In this document: piece after piece, positions 12,284 through 25,843 of the stretch
Position numbering within the stretch: the first letter of the stretch is position 1
How the letters are laid out: the number at the start of each line of letters is the position of its first letter
Source: Sphagnum compactum
Taxonomy: Eukaryota
Direction: 5' to 3'
Assembly (NCBI GenBank): GCA_965153455.1
Contig: OZ234493.1
Coordinates: forward strand, 10,530,213 to 10,594,212
Length of the DNA stretch: 64,000 bases
The notes under the pieces: generated by a model
Database searches by the model: none
What the model was told of the DNA's origin: nothing
The model's input: only the letters and a program-made list of their open reading frames with translations
Translations under genes and position numbers: made by a program

Positions 12284-14473
12284 ATGGAGAAGTGCAATGA
12301 TGCAGGGAAGGCCTACCATGGCTTTGTCAATGGGACAACTGACCTGGGATTCTCAAGAAGTGCAGCATTTGGTGGAATCCCTACTCTCAAGCCTTTGAAT
12401 ACATTCTCACAAGGACATCTTGCACCCAGGCCAGTGATACATGCTTCAGTGCTGGCAGGTCCAGCTCTTGAGGTTGTAAGAGTATGTGTGTTTTATGCAC
12501 TTCTGCAGACTGGAGTTGCAGTTCAACCCAACTACCAGAAGCAAGGTACATTCAATTGAAGTTACTCAAAGACTTATTGTACTCTCCAGGCTCATCTGCA
12601 ATGGTAGGTTGCTCTTTCTCAGAGTCATGGAAACTGCTGGATGATCAGTGCATCTTGAAGTCATCAAAATCTCCTAGTTGTGAACATGTAGTTGATCTTG
12701 TGGGAATTTTCCTTCTGTCTTGGAGAGGCTACAAATAGAAACGACCAACCCTTATTCATATGTACACAAAATAATGTGCTATGGCCCTGCAGTGTTTGAT
12801 AAGGTCACTGCTCTTTATCATTACCAATTGTATTGGTTGTCATTTGGAGAACTGCAAAACGGGTCTCCTGAGATATGTCTGAAGGTTATGTTTGCACAGT
12901 GCTCTTGGTTGTCTGTCAAACATGAAATCAGGTCTTTTCAAGTGCAGGTTAGGAGCTTGAGCAAGCTTAAGCTTTCCTTTGTTTATGCTACTCCTATGTT
13001 TTGAACGTGTGTGCATTCAATAACAAGATCTTCGGAAATAAGTTTACTGATGTGTCTTTCCTGCAATTTCATTGGATGCATTTCTGATCCTTATTTCAGA
13101 AATCAATTTAGAGAAGATGTTTTGACTTGCAGTTGTGTCTCTAGCAGATGACCTTGGGAGTCCACCAGTGCCTGGTTGGCTAGAAAAACTGATGGGCCAT
13201 GACAAAGGTATGGTTAAACACCCTCCTTCATGCTTATCATGCTAAGCTGCATCTCTGTTGTATATAGTACTCCTGCATGCTTCTGAGTGGAAAACTTTTC
13301 AGGTACCTTATGTTTTCAATGATGTTTACCTTGTTGGAGGTGTCTGAATGGCGTGTCACTGTTGCTGTTTGCTCAACCTGCTCCTCAGTTTTTGGAAATT
13401 TTTCTAAGTTCTTTAGGGCTGGCTTTTTCCAGTTTGCTGGTATCTTCGTAGTTCTGAGTTCTCTATAACATTATTGTCAGGTCATCTCCCAATTCTGTTC
13501 TTGTTTACTTAAATAACAAGTAAGAAGAAGTTCTCAGTACTTATGAAGAAATGCTTTTTATGAAGTTTAGCTCTCGTCATTGAAATGAAATGATGTTTTG
13601 TGACTTGTGTGGTACCCAGAGGTCCAAAGCTTATGTAGAAGGGTTGAAGGTGACTAATGTGGCTACTGGAAATGCATTGAGGCTTTTGGAAGGATTGTTG
13701 AGCAGAAGCTGAAAAGGATAAGAACATAATCAAGCTGCGAAAGAATTGGAATGTAAGCACAAAAGGCACGCTCATTCGCAAGTATCGGGTGCCATCAAAG
13801 GCAGAGGGTCGCAAAATCTTGAATGCAATTTGCTCGTTGCTGTCTGATGATGACAGCTTCGTTGATGTCAGCACCCATAAGGTATAATCCTCTGCTGTTT
13901 CAGGCAACACACCTGGGTCATTCCATGTAGTAGATTGATAGAAGGGGGAAGTTTCTGGGTTGGATTTGGATGATTTGATGAGCTCCAGAATGTGTTCTAA
14001 ACTAGTGATATATTGCTTTAACGACATGTCAAACTAATCATAGGATAGTGTGTTGAGTTACTTTTGGACTGAAGAAAATACTCAACAAGTGAACAATTAG
14101 GAAACCTACTTCCACTGCCATACAGTACCCACCTTCCTAGAACATGGCATTATCTATGGTGCAGGGAAGTGGTTCTCAGTCAAAAAGACAAGTGAATTCC
14201 ACTGTTGTTTTTCAAGTTTTCTGATACACCCATGATTTGGAAGCTCTGACTTTCTGAGCATGATATACATATTTGCAGGGTTGCCAAGTCAGGCGTGAGA
14301 ATGCTCATGCAGAGAGTGTGTGTTGCAATAATGTCAGGGCCTTATTTGACGAATTGCCTACCCCTCATCTGGTGGTAGAAATCACTGTCTTTCCTGCAGG
14401 GCCCATCACAGAGGTCCACTATCAGAAGGCTGAAAAACTGGAGAAGGTCCTCAAAAAGGGAAACTCCATATGA
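12284..14473 (+). CDS. Conserved plant protein of unknown function (C-terminus GCQVRRENAHAESVCCNNVRALFDELPTPHLVVEITVFPAGP); N-terminus uncertain
   Basis: Exons ~12284/12306-12545, 13133-13207, 13706-13881 and 14279-14473 join in frame with GT..AG borders, giving ...KQVVSLADDLGSPPVPGWLEKLMGHDKEAEKDKNIIKLRKNWNVSTKGTLIRKYRVPSKAEGRKILNAICSLLSDDDSFVDVSTHKGCQVRR...KGNSI*. A pyrimidine-rich leader at ~9400-9760 with a donor CAG|GTAATG at 9761 suggests the 5' UTR. The start codon is unresolved. Confidence 0.75.
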
Positions 14474-16793
14474 TCTTACCCAAACTCCTTTTGGTGTAGT
14501 GAAACACCAGTTGTGCAGCCTTGAAGGGCATGTGTGCAGTGCTGGTGGTCTGTAGTGAGCTTGGAGCTGTATATACATGTTGCTTGAAAATGAGCACAGA
14601 GGTTTTTCTGGTGCTGTGAATCTGTGCCCTGTTGCAGGCAGAGAAGGTGTCAAGCTCAATCAGAGTGCATGCCTGAGTTAAGATTTTGGCAATTCCTGAG
14701 AGCTCTTGGAAGTTTTCTGAAGCACATTCCTTTGGATGATGTCTGAATGCCAACATTTTTCTAGTCTTGATTTCGGGCACAACATTAGTTTATGGATCAA
14801 TGCCTTTGATCATTTGATGACAATTAATGCTTGTAAGTTTGGCAACTATTGTAAGCTTGCAGATTTTCAATTGTGAACTGCTTGTTGGACTCAAATTGGT
14901 TTGTAAATCAGTAAAATGAGCTAGACTTTATTGTGAAACAGAAGGATTCACAGTCGAGTAATGACATACTAACTCATCTTCTTACTGGAGGGCTAAGCCC
15001 ATTAGTAACAAGCAAGTGTCCTTACCTGTTAGGGGCTCAGTGTTTGTTTCTAAGGATGCATAAGTGATGGCCGTCGGACCACCTTCTCCTATGTTTTGTA
15101 CAAGCTATTTTGCAGTACCTAGGCAAGGCTGTTAGGTTTCTGACACTAGGAATGTGCAACAAGATTCTTGGATGCTTGCAATGTGACATGCAAAAGCTCA
15201 AGTTTGGGAGTGAGTTTTCTGTATAATTGTTTGGCTGGAATTTTGAGCAGATTATCATTTATCCTCTGTTGGGAGCTGATGAAATCATAGGGTAAAATGG
15301 CATACACAAAGGATCAGACTATCACCGTCATCATGAATGGCAGGTTTTTCTTGAACCTTCTAAAACAAGAAAGAGTGGAGATGTACACCTTGTCAGTGAA
15401 TTGCAAATTTCTCTGAACCTTCGAAGAAAAACTGATGTTTATCCAACTCCAATAATGTTTGCCTTGAAATTCTGTCCAGTAAGCTAAAGCATTTTTGTGA
15501 AGCCCTGCTGGACTGCATGAAAGGATATCAGCACCATGCCAGCACTGTCCATGCATGCTGCCTACCCCTGCAAATGTGCAATTTCCTTGATTCATGGAAA
15601 AAAGTGATGGGCCTACAATCTGCAAGGGTTTCAAGTTTCTCAGATATCTGCAAAGAATATGAAAGAGATCAGATAGATTTCTTTGAATTTCAGTGGCCAC
15701 AATTAGGATCTCGATGCATCACTACAGAAGCTGTTTCACTAAAGATCCTGCAGTTGAATGATGAGATCTACAGAAGCAAGATGCAAGCAAGCTTATTGGA
15801 CAGTGCCTCCTGAAGAACCATAATCACAAGGCTGGGAGAATGCTTGCCCTCTGTGTTGATGATGAAGATCTTGGTCTGGTCCCGAAACACTGAAGTAGGT
15901 GAGTATTTTCAGCCCTTTTAAGTGGAGCTTTGGTTTAACATGCAAGAGAGTAATGAGTACAAAATTGCTTACAAGAACTATACAAGATTCTATTACAAAG
16001 TGCAAACTTTTTTTAAATCTCAAGAGGTTGTTTCTTGGAACAAGCTTTAACTAGTCACAAATGGATTCCAATGGCAATGAATGATGTGTATTCCATGGTA
16101 CTCTGCAAGGACCTTTACATCTATCACTTCTCCTGCTTCTGCATTGGAGCAAGAGAAACCTTGACCTTCATGAGGTAATCTATGCTTGGCAACAAACTCA
16201 TATGATGCTATGAAAAAAGGGCAACTGAAAAAAAACCATGACATTTATGTTGCACCTTAACAATTTGCCTCCTCCAAATTATCCTGGAATAGTGATGACT
16301 AACTGAAGTCAAGTCCAAGAATAAAGCATGTTGAAACCATACCCTTTGTGAACAGGTTCAGCTGGTTTTGTTTTGGTAAAAAAAATTGTCCATAGAGTGT
16401 CTGAATCAGACAGGATTTCCTGAGACTTCACACTGAAGCTATACCTCACCCAAAGCTCAAAATAATTTCTAAGCCTCCCAAAAGCATGGTCAATTCTCAG
16501 GCAGGAAACCTGCAGATTTGAGTACCGCATCAATTACTGAGCATTACATGTGCCTCATATGAACCTTCTCTCCCAAGCTACATTGCCTTTTGTGACAACC
16601 AAGTAGGTGGCAGATTGGGAGAAGGCAGCTAGTCAAGTGACAACAAGATAGGTAGCAGATTGGGAAAAGGCAAGCTAGTCGAACAATTGTGTCGCTTTGT
16701 ACAGTTAGAAATGAACTCTGAAGAATTTTGGAAATTGGGGGCATTGAGTGTGAAACAAAGGGGAAGGAAAGCCTACAATGTGTGCCACCAACA

Positions 16794-19700
16794 TCATCGT
16801 CTATCCATGCTAAGAGTGGCATGGATGCCAAGCTCCAAAAGAATCAACTTGATTCCCCGCACCCACAGCTCTGCATTGGCAGCTGATGATGATTCAAAGT
16901 GCACCTCTCGCCCCCCATTTGTGATGACTCTGAGTGTGCCAGGTTGACTGGCATCACCTTTTTTGCGGTTTCTCTGGAACCTAAGAGAAGGACCAAGTGC
17001 AGCATCACAACACATGACATTTCGCCGACTTGAATCTCCCCAACTAAGAAGGCCAGACCTCAACATGCGGACTGTTTTCATGTGCGGTGTTCCTTTGCCT
17101 TGTCGGGTGTGCTTCAGCAACAAGCTTCCTCCAAGGACAAACTTCTTGGCTAGATGATCCATAATCACTCTTTCAGTTGTATTTGAGGTTTGCTTCGCAA
17201 GCATTAGTGCAGTTTCACCTCGCGAAGTTGATATACTCGTGTCTGCCCCCGCTAGTAAAAGCAAACGACATGCTTCTTCATGTCCCTCCATTGCAGCAAG
17301 CATAAGAGGAGTGTGATCATTGTCATCTTGTGCATTGATGTCTGAACCACGCTTGATTAGATGTGTCATAACCTCAATTTCCCCTCGTTTTGATGCAAAA
17401 TGAAGAGCCTTGAACTCCTTCCCCTTTGAAATGTCAGCCATAATAGCTTCTACCAAAATGTGTTCTAAACCATCTCTCATCTGTGTGCTCTTTGCAAGTG
17501 ATAAAGCTGTCTCACTCTGGCTGTTCTTCAGACCCACATCTGCCCCAGCATAAACCAGGAGCTTGAAAGCCTCAAGATGACCTTCTTTTGCGGCTATCAT
17601 CGCAGCTGAGTAGCCCAATTTATCCTGTGAGTTAACCACCAACCCACCTCCTTGCTTCAACAGATTTTGCAATGTTTTCACATCACCTAATCTTGCCACA
17701 AAGCGCAGTGAGGAGAACACTTTGGGGTTGCTGGAATACACTGTCTGCCCTGCTTTGAGAGCTTCCCAGACACTGTTATGGATGGTAGGCCCATTTCCAT
17801 GGAGGTCTGCAATGCTCATCACACTTTGTCCATCTTGATTCAGTAGACCAACATCCGCACCAGAAACAAGCAAATAGTTGAAGCAGTCTTGAAAACCCTC
17901 TTTTGCACATAACATGAGTGCAGTGTTTCCAGAATGGGTTTGGATGTCTAGTTTACAGCCATGTGTAACCAGGAGCTTCAAGATGCTTAAACAGCCTAAG
18001 CGTGCAGCCAAATGCAAGGGTCTAAACTCATGGCCATCTCTTGTCGGAATCCGGTGCTCAGCATCTGCCCCAGCTGCCAACAACAACTTTGTTGCCGCTG
18101 CATTTTGGCAAAGAATGGCATGAAAGATGAGTGTTCTGCCATTATGAAGATCATTCGGGGATAGATACTCAAGTAGCATCCTTAGTATTGAGCCCTTTGA
18201 TTCCCAGTATTCTACAGCACACCATGCTTCGTTGTATGGCTCTGCCAATCCTGCTCCTCCACCTACACGAAGCTCCTCTCCATAGTCACAATCCCATGTC
18301 CAAGCGCCTAGGCTCACTTTACATTTTGTCTTTGCTCCTGCCTGCCAAAACATGTGAAAGAAAAACATGTAAAAATATGTCATACAACACAAAAATAGTG
18401 CAATGCCATATGACCAATGAGTCCATTACCCCACAGAATAAAGAGTCAGCAGAATATGGCAATTTCTTGACCATATTAAGGTCTGAGGTAATGGCAGAAT
18501 ATATCATTTTCTTGATCCCATTATATGACATAATCTTCTGGTGATGATCATACACTAATATAATAGTGACCAAAGTCTCCTCTAGACCAATGTTTGTATG
18601 CATGTCATGTAGGACATCAACAACTCAGTATTGAGACCATATTTTCACTCATGACTCTCCCCAAAAAGTTAAGGAGTTCAATGAGACACATTATGATCAG
18701 CATGTTTTGAGTTGGCTGACGAAACAGTTGTTCAAATACCTCTAGCAAGTATTTGACCACAACATCCTGCCTGGCAACAATAGCAGCAATTAAGGGTGTA
18801 CAATTAACATTGGCATGCAGCACGGGCTTTGCTGACCGCAATAAAACACGATGCCATGAGTTAACATCAACTCCACTCTGCACAACCAACAACACGGGAA
18901 AAATGTCTATTCAGTAATCTGTCATGTTGATGAATTAAGGTAAAACATATCTGGAGAGATTCAGAGGTGAGGAGCAGGGGTTCTTTTGTCAATTTTGTGG
19001 TGTAGCCACACTGGTGGTCTCATCCACAAGAGGAATTAGCCAAATTTTGGCTACAGGTCAGAGAAGAAAGAAGAAAAATCTAAGAATCCTGCAATATTTT
19101 TGCAACCTGATGCAGCCTATTGTCCAAATATGGTGATTTCAGAATTCTTTTCCTCAAAACCTGGCAACTTTGGCAAACTTTTTTCACAAAAATCCTTGGT
19201 ATGAGTTGCACTGGAATTTCTTTTGTCACCATGTGGCAAAAATTTCCCTTAAAAAGAAATGCTGGCAAGGAGGGTGCCAGCCTCCCTAAACCCATGGCTT
19301 CTGACGTGTTCTTTAGCCAGAAAAGAAAGACCCAATTCAACTATGCTACATAAATGTGCACACGGAACAGTAAACCCTAAAACCCTGCTGGTGGTAAATC
19401 CAGGGTGAGCAGGGTACTTGGCAAATAATAAGGTTTTCAAATGTTGGGTACTCTTAGATCTGACATTTGTTGTGGTTTAGTGTCTTCATAGTAAAATTTT
19501 GTTGTTGGTTTCAGATTGATTAAGAGTGGAGTCTTCTGGTTTCACCTTGATTAATATGGCGACAATATCCACAAACCCACGGCTACTTGCATACAGCAAG
19601 GCCTGCGCAAGCACCTCTGGACGTGTCATATCAGAGCTTATAAGAAGCTCAACAGATTTGCCTTGACCAAAGAGGCATGCTTCGAGAAGTGCATCCTCCA

Positions 19701-20436
19701 ATGCCGGTTGCTGAGCCCCTGCCCTCTGCAACAGGTTGAGCACCAGATCATGACCTTCACGTGCAGCTGCAGTGGTAGCATACCCTCGGAACATCTTCTG
19801 GTTGACATCTGCTCCAGCATTCTGTTGTCAATCCATCAAACTTGTGAGACCAGGGGAACCCACCACTCTTCCTGCCTACTCAGGTTAGACAAATTTCAGG
19901 GCATCTATCACTAGGCCCTCCCTTTTGCTCCAAAAACACATTTCATACTGCAGGCTATTATTGCTCTTTTAAGGTTTTGGGTGGATCTGATATTGCAGGC
20001 TATTGTTGCAGAAGGAAACTCAGATCCACCCAAAACCTCAAAAGATCAAGACACAGATTTTCTTCTCTGATCAGAAACTTCATCACTAGAGCAAAAGCAA
20101 TCCTGCAAAAAATTGAGCAATTTCATATCTTGGGCAGCAAGAACTAACCAGAAGCTTTCGGGTGATATCGATATGCCCAGCATGAGCAGCTGCAAAAAGG
20201 GGTGTAATGTCAGTCTTGAATTCCTCATACTCAATCTTGACTTGATCAGGAGCTTCTTCTTGTTGAACCGTGTCACTGTACTTCACCCGTAAGTTTACAG
20301 TACCCCTATAGTTGACATCAACTAATTTGTGTCCCAGCACATCATTCACAGTGGCCTCCTCACCCACAAGTGCTGCTTCAATTAGCAGCTGTGAAATGCT
20401 GCTCTCATCTTCCTCGGCCTCTTGCACATGCCTCAT
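16794..20436 (-). CDS. Ankyrin-repeat protein with C-terminal PH-like domain (At5g14230-like), 4 coding exons, ~749 aa
   Basis: Exons 20436-20149, 19821-19546, 18877-18740 and 18341-16794 are all phase 0 with GT..AG borders (2250 nt). There are many ankyrin motifs (ITPLFAAAHAGH, RPLHLAARLG, TPLMLAAMEGH), the family-specific LGAWTWDCDYGEELRVG...EPY, and a C-terminus KHTRQGKG...REVHFE...AELWVRGIKL. Confidence 0.92.
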
Positions 20437-22524
20437 CCCGGTAACCCCCAGAGCAAATCCTACAACATACCCAGCTTCTGTTGTATAATTGCTTTTCTAA
20501 CTACTTAATCACTGCCATCTCCACCGTCCTACTGCAATTTCCACCATGCCACTTAAGGCATGCTCATGATTGTTTGCAAGCAAATTAGAAGTGGCACTGT
20601 TATGCTCTCTTGTGTCATTCTCAGGCTGGTATATCCAACATCTGGTGTTGCTTCTGCTCCGAGTGTTGGGTTTTTCACAGTCAGAGCAAATACTGTCCCT
20701 ATTGCATCTTGTGCACAATAGTTGTGTCTTAGTTCTCACACACACCACCATGGTGATGCTGATGATGATCTTCAACAGCAGTACCACATTGCTTGAGCAT
20801 TCCTGCAAAACCAAATAACAAGCACATAGTTTATTAGGTTTACAGGAATCTGTCAGCCATTATTCTTCTCTCGATGGGTTTGTGCCCAAATTCTGAAGAA
20901 ATCACAATCTAAAACCTGACATTGCAAAGAGAACTCCTCCACAGAACTATGCTTTGAAGATATCATGATATTGATGAGTGTGGCCATAACCTTAAGAGAG
21001 TTGCATGCTTACAAAGTGTCAGACCATCATCACATTCATCACAAACAGCAGTGACAAGCTGCCATGACTTCCAAATTCAGATGAAATCATGCCACAAGGT
21101 GGACTTGCTGGAGAAGCAAGAATCAAGATGACATCTTTACATCCAGTCTTTTTCACAAGTTTTCTATTATAGAAGTCTGGCCAAGAAATCTTTCTTGGGC
21201 ACAAAACTAGTGACCCAAAATAGTTATCAAAATTTTCAAAAGTGTCTTCACACCAGACCTGATGGGCTACAATAGTACCAGAAAAAAAATTCTCGCTTCT
21301 TACACACTTGATAGTGCTGCAAATGGCCAGAATGTATTGTAACCTAGGTACACACAAGCCCAATGGAACTATAAAGATTTTACAGTAGCAGAAGAATTCA
21401 ACAACAAAAGGAGAAAGAAGATTCTAATGAGGCCAGCTCTGTGCCTTTTGGTTTATTTTCTTCACTGACAGTAGGGAGTCTGCACTTTCTTTCTGAATGT
21501 CTATTCCTGAGGCAAGATTGTTCCCTGAATGAATGATTGACAAATGTGGGTGTCAGCTGGGGGGTATGCTGCACGATCCTTGTTGGATTGAAGCTCGCAA
21601 CTAATTGCAAGATCACCATGAATCTGGGTATATAATCTGCTGATGCAGAGGAAACAAATAGAAATGCTCAACTAGGCCCGGGAGAAATCGAGACTACAAA
21701 AAGCAGATACTTTCTCAGCCTTTCAAAGCCAACAGCCAGATTCAGTCTCCTCCACATGTGAAATGCAGATAAACCCAATCTAACAAGCAAGTGTCTGAAG
21801 AGCTTGACAGTTCTCAGCTACAGATCATCTCACAAAATTTTTGGGGCATATAAAAAACTGTGAAACACTGAAATTAGGGGATATAAATAGCCCTCTAGAC
21901 AATGCTGGTGGCAAAGGCAAAAAGAAAGGAAAAAAGTCAGGTCATGAACAATGGGTGTGGTGTGTACCTCTGTGTTGATTTCTTGTTCCCCTTTTTCGCT
22001 GTAATTGGAGGCTTGCAAAGGCTGCTTCAGCTCTCCAAACTCAGGATGACCACTATGAAGCTCTAACCTAGTTCTTCATAATCATCATTCAGGCTCAGAT
22101 CTGGCCTGGAGATGGGTCATCCTGACAACACCAGCAACAACACCAGCACTACTAGTAGGCATGAATGGAAGTAGAAGAAGTCCAGAAGGGGTGAAACAAC
22201 AAGAAGCTGATAATGAAGCCCCTGGAACGGAAGAGTTTCAGATGGAAGCTTGTGGAACTCGCCAGGTTGCAACAACAGAGGTCTGTTACATCCTTGTGCA
22301 ACAACCTTGCAGCAGCTTGCAACAACAAGAAGAAGAAGAATACATGACCCTCATTTTCTAAGTATGGAGAAGCCCTACACACTAGTACTTTCTCCTCTGC
22401 TACCAAGTCCTTCACAATCTGGAATCCAATGCATCCACACCCCAAGAGCAATGCCAAAACCAACAGTTTTGATGGAAGTACTTCCCTCTTGAGACCAAAG
22501 ACACAAAAACAACCAAAAAAAAAG

Positions 22525-22526
<2 letters not shown>

Positions 22527-22556
<30 letters not shown>

Positions 22557-22700
22557 GAGACTAAAACATCATAACACTAACCATCCACAAAACAACAACA
22601 AAAAATGATGTCCAAAAACACCAAACCCACCACCTACAAGCAAATGCAGATTGTGCAAAATGCAAAGAGACCCAAAATAGAATCACACTGTGTGTGTGTT

Positions 22701-22735
<35 letters not shown>
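22527..22735. repeat. (CA)n and (TG)n(GA)n microsatellites, probably in the leader/promoter region of the ankyrin gene
   Basis: (AC)~14 at 22527-22555 and (GA)~16 at ~22703-22735. Further SSRs occur at 2480-2535, 59019-59042 and 59698-59732. Confidence 0.9.
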
Positions 22736-22737
<2 letters not shown>

Positions 22738-25700
22738 CCAAATGAGAAAAAGGAATAACACAAAACTGCAACACACAACAAGAGCAGCAGCAGCTAAGCA
22801 GCCACGCAGAAAAAGCAAAAACAAATCAAAATGCCAAATCCAAAATCCAACCCAACCGTAAAAAAAAAAATTAGTACCCAAACCAAAACAAACACAGTTT
22901 GTTTCAACTACTTCACATTAACTTAACTCTCTTCCCCCCACAAATGAAGGAAAGAGAACACTACATTACACAAACAAGCACAGAAAACAGAGTACCTAGT
23001 AGCAAAAGGAAACTGGAGAAATCTAGGTACAAGGAGCCCCAAAAAAAAAAAAAAAAACAAATGACACTAAAGAAAGAAAGAACTCAAAACACCCAAAGAA
23101 AGTAAGTGGTTGGGGAATGAAGATTTGTAGATTGAGGAAGAGAGGGGGAAATAAAGGACAACTGACAACAACTATGACCCAACAAAAAGCCAGCAGTAGC
23201 AAGTAGCAGCAGAGATGGGGGAAAGAGAACTAGCAGACATAATAAGGAGGGAAATGGAAAAAGAGATAGGCTAGAGAGAGATAGAGAGAAAAAAAAAAAG
23301 GGCAAAATATTGTAAGACATACACAACTAAGTAATTTTAGCCTAAGTGTTTTATTTTATTAAAGGCCTTTTTTCTTTTCTTTTTTGACAAAGAAAATCTC
23401 TAGGCTTGATGTTCAACTGCTCTAGTCTATGAGGAAGTTGAATGGGTTTGGATCCATTTCATATTCTTGTGCTTCTTGAGTGACACCCTCCCCCCTCCCT
23501 CTCCCTATTCATGACTCTTCATTAACTTGCTACCCAATGCTCCCATCATCAACTCATTGATGTATATATATGTGTGTGTGTGTGTGTATTGATCTAGCTA
23601 TCAATCTATCAAGTCTTCAATTAATGTGTTTTTCTCTTTCTGCAAGAAAGATTTTGTTGTGTTTTCATCCCAAAAAAATTTGGGAGAATTTTTTGGATGA
23701 TTTTTTAATATTGTAAATTTGACTGAATTTTCTAATTTTTGATATCACAAAACTATTATTAAAAAACCCTTATTGGTGATCAATCATTCATGAGATGATT
23801 CAGCTGAATTTGGTTATAAAATGAACTATGAGACTTTAATCTGTTCAGTTGAGATCCATTTGCATGGAAAGAAAACAAAAAGCTGCATTACAAATTTATG
23901 AACTCAAATCCTAGGCCACCTTGTGCTCATCAACTAGATAAGAGGGAGAGAGAGTTAAGTAGGAGATGATGAGAGATTGAGAAAACCCCTAGGTACAAAA
24001 GCCATGGAAAAGACAAGTTCAAACCCAAGGCTAGCTCTGAACTCTCCCATAGTGAAAACATTTTTGTGAAGAATAAAACATGAGGATACACAACATGTGT
24101 TTTTTTTTTCACAACAATTTCTTTTCTCTTTTTGAAAAAAGGTTTTAGGATTTTTATTTTTTTGTAATATAAATATGACTAAATTTTCTATTTTGTTGAA
24201 AAAAATTCACTAAATTGGGGGAAAAAAAAAAAAAAAAAAACCCATTATAAGGACATAAGGTCTCAGTTTTCATTTTACCCCAGCTCATTGATTATGTCTG
24301 CTTGCCTTTTCTTATGCAGAACCCATAAATTAACCGTAAACCATAAAACCCTTAATCCTACGATCTGTGAGTATTATGGGTCATAAGTAAGAGAGCACTT
24401 GTCTTCGGGAATGCGAATTAAGGAATTGTTACTCCCCTTGTGTTCTACTTGCAAGTGTATTATTACAAATCTCGAAAACAAACTAAACTAACTTAGCATC
24501 AATGGGGTTAACCCCCACTAAACCCCGTTCTTTTCATGAAGAGTTAGTTACATGCAGATTTTGTATGGAGTTTTGAACCATGCATTATTTATTTTGTTGC
24601 TTTCTCCGTAAGCTAAATATTGTTGGATAATTTATCTCCATAAATATGTCTGGCAGCTGGCTCATTATTAATAGCTAGAACTGAAACATGGGTTTTTGTT
24701 TTCTTGAGTATAAAGCTTATTGTTGAACTGAAAAAGCCAAGAAGGTGTCAATTTTTATGGGTGGTGAAAAAATAGATAGGACCCATAGATAGATAGATGC
24801 ATATGTTCAATTTTAGTAACTCAAAACTTGGTTTAGGTTTAGTGATAATTAAGGGCCCCTAATTAAGCACCACCCTTCTTCTAAGAATTAGGGTTTAGGG
24901 TTTAGTACCAAATCTTTTGGTGAATATTTAGAACAGTAATTACAGCCAGTTTCTGCTAACTTCTAACCACAAGCTCGAGTGACTTCTTTTACCCAAACAA
25001 ATGAAATGGGTGTAAGTACCAACTCCAGTTCAAGCTGCCAAATACAACCATTTTACCAGCTCATGTACCGAAACCAAAAAAAAAAAAAACCCTAAAACCA
25101 AGTGTGTCTATTGGTTTTTAGGGTTTTTTTTTTTGGAGTTTTATTGGGTTTTTCTAGGATTGCAAAACCCTAAACCCAAGTGTGTCTATTGGTTTAGTGT
25201 TTTTTTTAGCAGGGCTACTGGTTTTTAGCCCTGTTAAAAAACAACAATAATGATATAAGATTTAAGCTATTGGTGGTGGTATGTGGCCAAATTTTTTTTT
25301 AAAAAACTGGGGAGTTTAACAAGTGAAAAAGCTTGGCAAAATTTTGGGTTTTGTGATTGACAACTTGTTCCAAAAATGCCTATTAAAAAATGGGTTGGAA
25401 TATCATTGGATACCTACCACAGTCTGTACAAGGCAAAAGCTCAACAGCTAAACCCAAAATTAGATTGTGTGTTTAAAGAAAAAGTGTCCTTTCCTTTCAA
25501 ATTATTGGCATATATTAGGTATTGAAAAACTCTGCTATGAAATGAAATAAATGGGGGAGAGTTGAGAAAAAATCTTCCTTGAAAACTAGTGGATCATGTT
25601 GGAGAGAAAATTGGAATGCTAGCAAGAAGCAATAGGGACCAATGTGTTTCCATGAATGAAATGTTGTAGAAGTAGTTCTACACTCTCCAATCAATAATCA

Positions 25701-25843
25701 ATTGCACTACATCTTCTTGGGGTGGGTGAAGTAGAGTTGTGGGGGGGGGGAGTTTGTTGTTCCCAAAATAAGAGGCCTAGAATGAGGTGGTAGCTCAATC
25801 AAGCTTCTCATTTTGGGAATGTGCCTCACCTGAAACTTTACCC

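Noticed and set aside
13142..13147. NAGNAG (TAGCAG) tandem acceptor
   Set aside because: A better acceptor TTGACTTGCAG at 13132 is in the same phase. Use of the NAGNAG cannot be supported without transcripts.
15517..15813. 98-aa ATG ORF between the convergent genes
   Set aside because: No recognisable motif or convincing exon chain; it is probably 3' UTR or intergenic.
22152..23326. Short ORFs around the microsatellites
   Set aside because: Low-complexity translations of SSR and A-rich DNA with no coding signature.
24888..24905. TTTAGGG telomere-like repeats (also AAACCCTA at ~19373, 25088 and 59469)
   Set aside because: Only 1-3 units each. These are common interstitial telo-box motifs, not a telomere or fusion scar.
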